Shown here: piece after piece, positions 10,046-18,609 of the stretch
Layout of the letters: each line of letters opens with the position of its first letter
Numbering within the stretch: the first letter of the stretch is position 1
Origin: Bdellovibrionales bacterium
Lineage (GTDB): Bacteria; Bdellovibrionota; Bdellovibrionia; Bdellovibrionales; UBA1609
Assembly: GCA_015163875.1 (NCBI GenBank)
Contig: JAAOIH010000004.1
Location: 11,984-75,983, forward strand
Direction of reading: 5' to 3'
Length of the DNA stretch: 64,000 bases
Notes under the pieces: model-generated
Databases searched by the model: none
Seen by the model: only the letters and a program-made list of their open reading frames with translations
What the model was told of the DNA's origin: nothing
Made by a program: the position numbers and the translations under genes

Positions 10046-12526
10046 CTATAGTTTAGAAATATTTTTTAAAATACTCTTTTTTAAGCTAATAATATTTGAG
10101 TGATCCCCAATAAAATATATAAATGTTCTGTGCTCTTTAATATATTGAACAAGTAAGTTCTGTTTTTTTTCTCCTTGCAAGAGTCCATACCATGTAATAG
10201 AAGATTGCTCTTTTAAGGAAGCTCTTGCGTTTAAAAATTTATCTATAGCCTTTATTTTATTTTGTTTTTTTAAAAAATTCTTTTCTGTAATAATTCCGCC
10301 AGAAGGTGAAAGTTGTTTATATACTAATATGCTAAGTTTATTTATCTGCACCTTTTCTGACACTGGAAGATAGTTTTTTAAACTTATTAATTTATAATTT
10401 TTATTATCATCTACAGAGTCTATATGAAAATTTGCTAAATTAGAAAAATAAGATTTTATTTGTATTTTTCTGTCAACAGATGACAGTTCTCTTTTTTTCT
10501 GCTTTTTTTTAATAACTATTTTAGCTTTAATATTTTTTTGTACTGTATTAACAAAAATATTTGTATTATTTGTTTTTAATTTATAACTAACAACAGCAAC
10601 TACCAATATAAATACCGATGCTCCAAATTGTATATCTCTTTTTTTTACGCTTTTCTTTTTTTTCTGCAATAAAAGATCGTCTATATTTTGAGTATTTTTA
10701 GATATATCTATTGATTCTATATTTTGAATTTTATTAAAAAAATATTTAGCTTCTTCTAAATTTTCTGTAATCTCGCAATACAAAGCTTTGGTTAAATAAA
10801 TAAAATGATTAAAGTTTAAAATATTTTCTGGAATATTTTTAATATACACCTTCATTCTTTTTTTAATAGCTTGCTTTTTTTTATGTGTAGCTTCTTCTTT
10901 ATAAGCAACTATTAAAGCCCATAATAAAAACACTTGTTTTTTTGCATATATAACAGATGGATTTTGAATTTTTTCTAACAAGCCAGTTAAATTTTGATTT
11001 TGTAATTGGACTATAATTTCATTTTCTAATAACTGCTCTTTAAACTGCTCTTCAAATTTTTCTTGCTCTAGTAAAGATTGATAAGACACTCTCATTTGGT
11101 CTTTAGATAATGTGGCGTAAGCTTGTGAAATAGACTTAAATATTTCTTCATAAAGATCTCGCTCTTCTGAAGACGCAAAAAAAGAACAATTATCTGGATG
11201 AAACTTTTTAGAAAGACTTCTATAAGCTTGTTTAATATTTGGCTCTGTAGAATCTAGGCTAACATCTAATACTTCAAAATAATTTTTTTTCTTATTATCA
11301 TTATGAATATTTAACAATTCTGTTTTGCTTAATTGTTTAGATGATGAAAGTGCAACTACATCAAGCAATAAAAATAAATACAAAGTTTTTAATGTTTTAA
11401 GCTCAGATTCTGTGCTAAAATCTTTAAGCTGAACACAAGAAGACGACAATCTTTTTTTTATTTTATTAAAGCTGTCTAACATATCTGGGTCGCTAATTGT
11501 TTGTGGGAAATTTTCTTTTCTTAAAATTAAATAGTAAGAATTAAATTTTTTTAAAAATCCATGCAACCAGCTATCTGTTAAATTATTAGAAAATCGTATT
11601 AAAATACGCTCCCATTCCTCTATTGAAAAATGACCTAATTTACTTTCATTAGATTCTTCTTTTTCTGTCCATTCGCAAGTTATTGGGCTATTGTTAAATA
11701 ATTTAAAAAATCTTAAAGCTATTTGTAAATTAATAATTTTAAAAATTTCTATTTCTGTAACTAATGACTTTTCTAATAAAAATACTCCAATATTCTTTTT
11801 AGCTTCTCTTGCTTCAATACAGTAGTTCTCTATTTGTCCATACTTTAACTGTGTTAATTTTGCCAACAAAACTCCAAATGATGTAGGTTTGTCATTCATT
11901 TTTATAAATATAATATTACCTTTGCTGTAATGAATTTCTACTTCTTGAGCATCTGTTTTTATTGTTACAACTCCCGTTGATTTAGTTTTAAAAAAACAAG
12001 TTAAATATTCTGGCAAATTATTAGCCGAAAATTTTGTAGGCTTTTTTAAATTATTTATAAACTGATCATCTAAATAATTGCTGCCAATTAAGGCTCTTTC
12101 AATATAACTTATATCAGAAGCTTTAATGCTTTCTTTAGTTTCTGATATTTTATTTTTTTTATATTCTTCAAATACCTTAATTAAATTTGCAACTTCAAAA
12201 GGTTTAGAAAATACTTTTAAAATTAAAGGATTTGTAATTAAACTATTTTGAAATTCTACATCAGTAAAAATACCAGATATATAAATTATAGGAATTTTAA
12301 AATATGAATGTTTTAACAAAGAGGTTGCCCAATCTGACCCATTACCGTTTGGCATAAATAAGTCTATAATTAATAAATCTGGAGAAAAAGTTTTTAATTT
12401 ATCTTCTGCATCAAAAGAGCTAGTGCAAACTACTGTCTCGTAATTGTAATCTTGTAAGCTTTTAGACAAAGAATCGGCAAATGATTTATCATCATCTAAA
12501 ATTAAAACTTTACACTTTGTAGACAT
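10046..12526 (-). CDS. multidomain protein: response-regulator receiver, PATAN/DUF4388-like region, J-domain (DnaJ), helical repeats, TM helix and C-terminal domain
   Basis: Receiver residues are intact (ILDDD, PDLLIIDLFMP, IIYISG, SKPF). The DUF4388-like stretch is TGVVTIKTDAQEVEIHYSKGNIIFIK...IGVFLLEKSLV. The J-domain is NYFEVLDV...KKFHPDN with HPD at 11200..11192. The TM helix is IQFGASVFILVVAVVSYKL. Confidence 0.75.
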   Translation of the reverse strand: MSTKCKVLILDDDKSFADSLSKSLQDYNYETVVCTSSFDAEDKLKTFSPDLLIIDLFMPNGNGSDWATSLLKHSYFKIPIIYISGIFTDVEFQNSLITNPLILKVFSKPFEVANLIKVFEEYKKNKISETKESIKASDISYIERALIGSNYLDDQFINNLKKPTKFSANNLPEYLTCFFKTKSTGVVTIKTDAQEVEIHYSKGNIIFIKMNDKPTSFGVLLAKLTQLKYGQIENYCIEAREAKKNIGVFLLEKSLVTEIEIFKIINLQIALRFFKLFNNSPITCEWTEKEESNESKLGHFSIEEWERILIRFSNNLTDSWLHGFLKKFNSYYLILRKENFPQTISDPDMLDSFNKIKKRLSSSCVQLKDFSTESELKTLKTLYLFLLLDVVALSSSKQLSKTELLNIHNDNKKKNYFEVLDVSLDSTEPNIKQAYRSLSKKFHPDNCSFFASSEERDLYEEIFKSISQAYATLSKDQMRVSYQSLLEQEKFEEQFKEQLLENEIIVQLQNQNLTGLLEKIQNPSVIYAKKQVFLLWALIVAYKEEATHKKKQAIKKRMKVYIKNIPENILNFNHFIYLTKALYCEITENLEEAKYFFNKIQNIESIDISKNTQNIDDLLLQKKKKSVKKRDIQFGASVFILVVAVVSYKLKTNNTNIFVNTVQKNIKAKIVIKKKQKKRELSSVDRKIQIKSYFSNLANFHIDSVDDNKNYKLISLKNYLPVSEKVQINKLSILVYKQLSPSGGIITEKNFLKKQNKIKAIDKFLNARASLKEQSSITWYGLLQGEKKQNLLVQYIKEHRTFIYFIGDHSNIISLKKSILKNISKL

Positions 12527-12599
12527 AATAATAATATCGGAGAAAGGCTTGAAAAACTGAAAATTTTATACTAATCTTAGGTCTAAAAATGGAGTAATA

Positions 12600-12923
12600 A
12601 TGCCTACTAAAAACACAACAGATAAAGATTTTCAAACAGATATTTTAGAAAGCAAGGGTCTTGTTCTTGTAGACTTTTGGGCGCAGTGGTGTGGGCCATG
12701 CCGAGCCTTAGGTCCTAAATTAGAAGAAATTTCAGAAGAACATAAAGAATCTGTTAATATTTATAAAATTAATATTGATGAAAATACAAAAACACCATCG
12801 ACATATAATGTAAAGGGTATCCCAACTATGATTTTGTTTAAAGATGGACAAGTTATGGACCAGCTAGTTGGAAATCAAGAAAAAGAAAGTATTTTAAATA
12901 AAATAAAAGAACATAAAAGTTAA
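12600..12923 (+). CDS. trxA: thioredoxin
   Basis: WAQWCGPCR active site, 107 aa, and the conserved GIPT cis-Pro loop. Confidence 0.95.
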   Translation: MPTKNTTDKDFQTDILESKGLVLVDFWAQWCGPCRALGPKLEEISEEHKESVNIYKINIDENTKTPSTYNVKGIPTMILFKDGQVMDQLVGNQEKESILNKIKEHKS

Positions 12924-12933
12924 ATTTAAAAAA

Positions 12934-14370
12934 TTATAGATCTAGATTTTCTGAATCTTCACTTTTTGAATCTTTGTTTTCATAATTTTTTTCTTCAGTA
13001 GCTTCATTCTCAAAATCTTCTTCTAAATCTGTAGCTTCTGAGCCTGTAGCTTCTGGGTCTGTAGCTTCTGAGCCTGTAGCTTCTGAGTCTGTAGCTTCTG
13101 AAATATCATTTTCTAAATTGTACTCTTCTGAAGTAGTATTTTTTGTATTATTTTTTTCTAATATTTTATCTTCCTTGCTGTCACTTTCTAAATTTTTATC
13201 ACCTAAATTGTCATCATCTAAGTCACCATCTAAGTCACCATCTAAGTCATCATCTAAATCATCGCCATCTAATATGTCTTCTTCAAAATTTTCTTCATCA
13301 CCAAATTCGTTGTCTATCAAGTTTGTTTTATTATTAGATGACCCTAAGTCACTTGCTTGATCAAAGCTTCCAACTCTGTCTCCTAGTTGAACATCTGAAA
13401 TAATTTTACTAATTACTGCTGTGGAGGTGTTTTTTTTAATATCTATAATATTAATATAGGCAACAGCCTTATCTCCCCATTGTTTTATTCCACCTCGAGA
13501 TTTTAAATTTTGATATACTGGCAAAGTATCGCCTATTTTTAAAAATTCATCTGAGCCTACATTTAAATAAACTAAAGAATGTAAACCAAACAGTTCTGGT
13601 GAAGGTATGGCCTTTCCTCCGATAATTAAGCCAACCCTAGAAAGCTCTTTGCTGTTGTTAATATTTTTTGAAATAAAAAATTTATTAACTTTTCCATCAA
13701 TAACAGAGTCTCCTGCGGTAACTGAAAAAAATGATTTCGTAATTTTAGCTTTATACTCTTTGTAAAAAGATTCTTCGGTGTTATCTACAATTTCAATAAT
13801 TTGTAACTCAGCTTTTACACGAAGAAGGCCTTCAAAAAGTAATTTGTTTTTAAAATAGGCTGGCTTAGTTTCTATAACTCTAAGCAACTGTCCGAGTCTT
13901 ATATTGCTATCATCAAAAACTTTAATAAATATATTCTGACCTTTAGAGTATAAAAGTTTTCTTCCATCAGCTAATGTGCTGCCTATAACTTTTGGCTCAT
14001 TTTCTATAATCATGCTGCTTAAATGAATATAGTGGGCTTGGCTACTTAGCTCAGGCTCTACAAATTCAATAGACAAATTATTAAACTTGTCTTCTTTTAA
14101 TTTATGGTAAATATTTGACCAGTTAGGAAAGCTTGATGGAAATTTTTTAAGTATTGGCTTTGGTGTTATTTTTGATTTTGGCAAAATCACTTTTTTTTTA
14201 TATTTAACTATATTGCCATCTTCATTTGCTTTTTTAAACATAACAGTAATCATTTTTCTTTTATTCTGATTTACTGGTATAAATTTTGAAGAATTACTAG
14301 AATCAGCCTTAATATTCATGCTTAAAGTAAATACTATTGCTAAAATAGTAAGTATAAAATTCCTAATCAT
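12934..14370 (-). CDS. exported protein with two beta-rich GD-x-V modules and an acidic repeat tail
   Basis: Signal peptide MIRNFILTILAIVFTLSMNIKA. The C-terminal ~130 aa are Asp/Glu-rich with (DLDG/DLDD)n and (SEATx)n repeats. No family recognised. Confidence 0.6.
   Translation of the reverse strand: MIRNFILTILAIVFTLSMNIKADSSNSSKFIPVNQNKRKMITVMFKKANEDGNIVKYKKKVILPKSKITPKPILKKFPSSFPNWSNIYHKLKEDKFNNLSIEFVEPELSSQAHYIHLSSMIIENEPKVIGSTLADGRKLLYSKGQNIFIKVFDDSNIRLGQLLRVIETKPAYFKNKLLFEGLLRVKAELQIIEIVDNTEESFYKEYKAKITKSFFSVTAGDSVIDGKVNKFFISKNINNSKELSRVGLIIGGKAIPSPELFGLHSLVYLNVGSDEFLKIGDTLPVYQNLKSRGGIKQWGDKAVAYINIIDIKKNTSTAVISKIISDVQLGDRVGSFDQASDLGSSNNKTNLIDNEFGDEENFEEDILDGDDLDDDLDGDLDGDLDDDNLGDKNLESDSKEDKILEKNNTKNTTSEEYNLENDISEATDSEATGSEATDPEATGSEATDLEEDFENEATEEKNYENKDSKSEDSENLDL
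13031..13102. repeat. 15-bp tandem repeat, ~4.8 copies (GTAGCTTCTGAGCCT-like), in frame within the acidic tail
   Basis: Copies at 13031, 13046, 13061 and 13076, plus a partial copy at 13091. They encode SEATD/SEATG/PEATG units on the minus strand. Confidence 0.9.
13215..13262. repeat. 12-bp tandem repeat, 4 copies (CATCTAAGTCAC-like)
   Basis: Copies at 13215, 13227, 13239 and 13251. They encode the GDLD/DDLD units of the acidic tail. Confidence 0.9.
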
Positions 14371-14648
14371 ATTTAAAAATTACTATATTTTTATGCTTTA
14401 AACAGTATTAAAAAAAAAATCTCTTCTAAAGTAAAGGCAGTTATCCACAATTTTTGTGCCTAAAGTCCGTAAAGATAAAAGAAAAGCCTGAAATACCTAC
14501 ATTGTGTAAATGTGCATTAATTATGACAAAGCTTAAGTTATTAAAAATATTGATTTTTTTGTAAAAAATATTTGTTTATTAAATTTAAATAACAGTTTTA
14601 TAAATATTTTTTCTATAATTTGGAAAAAAAATTGCTTTCTACAAAAGA

Positions 14649-15641
14649 ATGCCTCTATTGTTGCCTTTAATTCTCTTAACATATTATTTATCCAGTAATA
14701 CTTATTTTTTTTTGTCCGAGAATGCTTTGGCATTAAGTGACAGCTTGCATAATTTTTGCCTAAGCTTTTCTAAGCCAAGTCCCTATGAGGGGCTTTATCA
14801 AAGCCTAAGTTGTGGAAAAAAGCTTTCTTCAGATCTATATTCTTTATTTGCTAAATCTGGACTAATACACTTAATTATTATTTCTGGATTACATATTTCA
14901 TTAATATATAGATTCTTAAATTACATACAAAAAAAAATATTTTTTCTACCAAAAATTATAACAGTTAGCGTCAATTTATTATTCTTACTCTTATACACAT
15001 TTATGCTCAATATTTCAGCACCAGCTTTAAGGGCATATTTATTTCAAATAGTAAGATTAGTAAATGCAAATTATAAATTACACTGGCCTCCTAGTTATTT
15101 AATTTTAATTTCTGTTTTACTTAGCATTTTATTTAAACCAACATTATGGGCATCAATGTCTTTGTTATTAAGCTGGACTGCCATAATAATTATTTATTTT
15201 TTACAACAAGTATTAACACATCCATTAATACCTAAGGTTTATAAACAACCTTTGTTAAGAATAACTATACAGGGAATTTTATTATATTTATTTTTGTTTC
15301 CTATATTAAGTCAATTTAACAACATTCATCCTTTTAGTATTTTTGTGCAATTATTATTTACACCTTTGTTATTATTTTTGTTAATTCCTTTGTCTATTTT
15401 ACAATATTTTTTATTCTCTAATCTTATCTTTACAGATTACTTATGGAAAACTTTTTTTTTATTATTAAACCCAATGCAAGGCATGTTAGCTAGTGGGCCT
15501 ATTGCAGAAAAGCGACCCTTACTTTATTTTTGGATATACGCTGTTAGTTTGCAATTTTGTTTATTTATTTTTGAAAAGTATAATAGGCATTTTAAACTTT
15601 CTATAAAACAAAACATAAACTTTAAAAATCATGATTTATAA
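14649..15641 (+). CDS. comEC: ComEC/Rec2 competence channel, membrane (competence) domain portion
   Basis: Polytopic membrane protein with the ComEC signature SGLIHLIIISGLHISL. It ends 11 nt inside the next ORF. Confidence 0.75.
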   Translation: MPLLLPLILLTYYLSSNTYFFLSENALALSDSLHNFCLSFSKPSPYEGLYQSLSCGKKLSSDLYSLFAKSGLIHLIIISGLHISLIYRFLNYIQKKIFFLPKIITVSVNLLFLLLYTFMLNISAPALRAYLFQIVRLVNANYKLHWPPSYLILISVLLSILFKPTLWASMSLLLSWTAIIIIYFLQQVLTHPLIPKVYKQPLLRITIQGILLYLFLFPILSQFNNIHPFSIFVQLLFTPLLLFLLIPLSILQYFLFSNLIFTDYLWKTFFLLLNPMQGMLASGPIAEKRPLLYFWIYAVSLQFCLFIFEKYNRHFKLSIKQNINFKNHDL

Positions 15642-16536
15642 TTTTTTTACTTATTTTATTTTTTTATTTTTATTTTTTTCTCCTCATTACTTATCTAGTA
15701 ATAAAATACAGCCACCTGTATTTATTATATGGAATATTGGGCAGGGCTCTTGGAGCAGCCTTGTTACAAACAATACATGTTTTCATTTTGATATGGGAGG
15801 TAAAAGGCTACATAAAAAAAATAAAATTATACAGAGTTGTAAAAAAAAACAAAATATTTTACTGCTAACACATGCTGATACAGATCATGTTAATCTTACT
15901 TATCAATTTAAAAAAAAATGGATAAAATTTTGCTTATACAAAAATCCAAGAGAGCAGCCTAAAAAATATAATAAAAGATACTTAAAAAATTTACAATTAT
16001 GCTCAAAAAAAACACTTATGTTGTTAAAAAAACAAGATATTGTAGAAATAAAATTTTCTATTCCTAAAAAAAATACTTTTTATAAAAAAAAATATTATAC
16101 TTTTAAATCTGGAATTAAATCTGGATTTAAATCTGGAACTAAATCCAGATTTAAATCTGGATTTAAATCTGGATTTAAGCATGAACATAAATCTAATCCA
16201 AAATCTAGGTCTAATTTTTTAAGCAGAATTTTTTTAGTTAAAAAATTAATTCTTATAGGTGGTGATAGCACAAAAAAAGCAGAGCTGTTGTGGAAAAACA
16301 ACATACCAAATCCTGAAAAAATTAAATATTTTCTTTTAAACCATCATGGAAGCAAAAACAGCAATCATATAAAACTTTTAAAAAAACTTAAAAATTTAAA
16401 AGTAGCTATTGCAAGTGCAAAAAAATCTAGATACAAGCATCCTCATAAAAAAGTTGTTTTGCGTTTAAAAAAACAAAAAGTAGCTTTGTTGCAAACAGAA
16501 GTATGGGGTTCGATTTATATTTATTTAAAAAAATAG
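15631..16536 (+). CDS. comEC: ComEC C-terminal metallo-beta-lactamase-fold domain, encoded as a separate ORF
   Basis: WNIGQGSWS (compare DVGQGD), LLLTHADTDH (metal motif variant), LNHHGSKNS, and KHPHKKVV...LQTEVWGSI, as in ComEC MBL domains. It has its own N-terminal TM helix. Confidence 0.7.
   Translation: MIYNFFTYFIFLFLFFSPHYLSSNKIQPPVFIIWNIGQGSWSSLVTNNTCFHFDMGGKRLHKKNKIIQSCKKKQNILLLTHADTDHVNLTYQFKKKWIKFCLYKNPREQPKKYNKRYLKNLQLCSKKTLMLLKKQDIVEIKFSIPKKNTFYKKKYYTFKSGIKSGFKSGTKSRFKSGFKSGFKHEHKSNPKSRSNFLSRIFLVKKLILIGGDSTKKAELLWKNNIPNPEKIKYFLLNHHGSKNSNHIKLLKKLKNLKVAIASAKKSRYKHPHKKVVLRLKKQKVALLQTEVWGSIYIYLKK
16105..16176. repeat. 12-bp tandem repeat, 6 copies (AAATCTGGATTT-like), with degenerate copies to ~16212
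   Basis: Encodes (KSGF/KSGI/KSGT/KSRF)6 inside the MBL-domain ORF. Confidence 0.9.
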
Positions 16537-16548
16537 TAATAAAAAAAT

Positions 16549-17655
16549 TTAATTTAAATAAGGTCGGTATTCCATATTTAAATCTTGTGCCACTGCTTGA
16601 TAAGCAATATACCCATTGTAAACATTTATTCCAGATTTTAAAATTGGTTGTTTTTCTAAAGCTTTTTTTAAACCATACTTTGCTAATATTAAACCATAAG
16701 GCAAAGTTGCATTAGTTAATGCGTATGTAGAAGTTCTAGGCACAACTCCTGGAATATTTGGAACGCAATAATGAAGCACTCCATTAATTTCATATGTAGG
16801 TGAAGTATGACTAGTTGGTTTGCAAGTAGCTATGCACCCGCCTTGATCTACTGCAACATCAACAACAACAGAGCCTTTGCTCATTTTATTAATCATTTCT
16901 TTTGTAATTAATTGAGGAGCTTTATGACCTGCGACTAAAACAGCGCCAATTAATAAATCTGTTTTTATAACAGACTCTTCTAAATTTTGTGCATTAGAAA
17001 ACAAAGTTTGAACTCTTCCTTGAAAAAGATCATCTAAAAAACCAAGTCGCGAATGATTAATATCTAATATAACAACTTCTGCTCCCAAGCCTACTGCCAT
17101 TTTTGCTGCCTGCACACCTACTACTCCACCTCCAACAATAGTAACTTTAGCTTTTTTAACACCAGTTACCCCTCCCAATAAAATACCTTTTCCGCCGTGA
17201 TCTTTTTGTAAATAAAAAGCGCCAACTTGAGTTGACATTCGACCTGCAACTTCGCTCATTGGTGTAAGCAAAGGCAAGCTTCCGTCTTTTTCTTGTATTG
17301 TTTCGTATGCAATAGCTTGAATTTTTTTATCACATAAAACTTTAGCTAATTGAGGCTCTGCTGCTAAATGCAAATAAGTAAATAACAACTGACCCTCTTG
17401 CATTAAATCATATTCTTGTGGAAGTGGTTCTTTAACTTTTATAATCATTTCTGATTTTAAATATAAGTCTTTAGCTAAATCTACAATTTTAGCACCTACT
17501 GCTATATAATCTTCATCGGTAATAAAACAACCAAGGCCTGCCTTAGTTTCTACTAAAACTTCGTGGCCTTGGGCTACAAATTGTCTAACTCCAGATTCTG
17601 TTAAACCTACTCTTGATTCGCTAATTTTAATTTCTTTAGGTATGCCTACAATCAT
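16549..17655 (-). CDS. ald: alanine dehydrogenase
   Basis: MIVGIPKEIK...ESRVGLT N-terminus, NAD-binding fold VTIVGGGVVG, 368 aa. Confidence 0.95.
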   Translation of the reverse strand: MIVGIPKEIKISESRVGLTESGVRQFVAQGHEVLVETKAGLGCFITDEDYIAVGAKIVDLAKDLYLKSEMIIKVKEPLPQEYDLMQEGQLLFTYLHLAAEPQLAKVLCDKKIQAIAYETIQEKDGSLPLLTPMSEVAGRMSTQVGAFYLQKDHGGKGILLGGVTGVKKAKVTIVGGGVVGVQAAKMAVGLGAEVVILDINHSRLGFLDDLFQGRVQTLFSNAQNLEESVIKTDLLIGAVLVAGHKAPQLITKEMINKMSKGSVVVDVAVDQGGCIATCKPTSHTSPTYEINGVLHYCVPNIPGVVPRTSTYALTNATLPYGLILAKYGLKKALEKQPILKSGINVYNGYIAYQAVAQDLNMEYRPYLN

Positions 17656-17727
17656 AATTTTGCTCCTGTACAGCTAATTTGATATACTAAAATGTAATTG
17701 AAAACAAGAATAATTATACTTAAAAAT

Positions 17728-18600
17728 CTAAGTATCTAAAGCGCTGGCCCTTTCTTTTATATCATAAAATGTAGGAAGTGCTAATAAACTTTTTAGCAGC
17801 TGATTCATTAATGCGTGTCCTGGTTTATATAATGTAATATGAGCCAATAATGGTTGTCCTAAAATAGCCAAATCACCAATTGCATCTAAAATTTTATGTC
17901 TTACAAATTCATCTGGAAATCTTAAACCTTCTTTGTTTAAAATATCTGTCGATGTTAAAACAACCGCGTTATCAAGCGAGCCTCCTAATACTAAGCCTTG
18001 TTTTTTTAATTGCTCGACTTGATCTATAAAACCAAAAGTTCTTGCTCCAGAAATTTCTTTATCAAAAGAATGTCTATCTATTTCTAAATCTAAAGATTGT
18101 TTTAAAATTTTTGGATGAGGAAAATCAATATCACAGCTGATGCGTAAGCCATTGTAAGGTTCAACTTTTGCATAGGAGTTGCCTAGTTTTTCTACAAATG
18201 TTTTTTGCACACAGATATAAGGTTTTATTTTATTCTGCTCTAATACACCAGCCTTATTAAAAATTTTTACAAATATTTTAGAGCTTCCGTCTAAAATAGG
18301 CATCTCTTCACCAAAAACTTCTATATATAAATTATCTATTCCCATTGCATATAAGGCCGCTAAACAATGTTCTACTGTTGAAATTTTATAATTTTCAAAA
18401 TCTAAAGTTGTTGCAAGTTGAGTTGATTTTACTTTATTAGCTTCGAGTTTTACACATGGTCTGTGTTTTAAATCTGCTCTAATAAAACATATTCCAGTGT
18501 CTGTTGTTGCTGGTAAAAAATTAATTTTTACAGATTTTCCAGAATGCAAACCTATCCCAGATAAAGAAGTGCTTGATTTTAAAGTATTTTGTAAAAACAT
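17728..18600 (-). CDS. lpxC: UDP-3-O-acyl-N-acetylglucosamine deacetylase
   Basis: QNTLK...SGIGLHSG N-terminus, TVEHCLAAL, and the HKILDAIGDL zinc/active-site motifs. Confidence 0.95.
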   Translation of the reverse strand: MFLQNTLKSSTSLSGIGLHSGKSVKINFLPATTDTGICFIRADLKHRPCVKLEANKVKSTQLATTLDFENYKISTVEHCLAALYAMGIDNLYIEVFGEEMPILDGSSKIFVKIFNKAGVLEQNKIKPYICVQKTFVEKLGNSYAKVEPYNGLRISCDIDFPHPKILKQSLDLEIDRHSFDKEISGARTFGFIDQVEQLKKQGLVLGGSLDNAVVLTSTDILNKEGLRFPDEFVRHKILDAIGDLAILGQPLLAHITLYKPGHALMNQLLKSLLALPTFYDIKERASALDT

Positions 18601-18609
18601 TAATTAAAC

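Noticed and set aside
13118-13360. Two + strand ORFs (Ser/Lys-rich 80 aa; HHLSHHLS-repeat 64 aa) inside the acidic-tail region
   Set aside because: They are antisense artefacts of the 12-bp and 15-bp in-frame repeats of the minus-strand gene, and they lie entirely within a longer, better-supported CDS.
14441-14449. Perfect DnaA-box-like 9-mer TTATCCACA in the 278-bp intergenic region upstream of comEC
   Set aside because: It is a single box with no cluster, no adjacent AT-rich unwinding repeats that stand out from the background, and no dnaA, dnaN or gid genes nearby. It is not an origin.
14533-14733. Small ORFs in or across intergenic regions (14533..14733, 16503..16715, 29042..29269, 29645..29851, 52194..52382, 33080..33295)
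   Set aside because: They overlap the starts or ends of supported genes on the opposite strand or in another frame, and they have implausible composition and no motifs.
13031-16212. Considered whether the several short tandem repeat arrays could be CRISPR arrays
   Set aside because: The units are 9-15 bp, directly abutting with no spacers, and in frame inside CDSs. No cas genes are present.
16095-16304. 69-aa minus-strand ORF with LNPDLNPDL repeats
   Set aside because: It is the antisense reading of the (KSGF)n 12-bp repeat inside the ComEC MBL-domain ORF.
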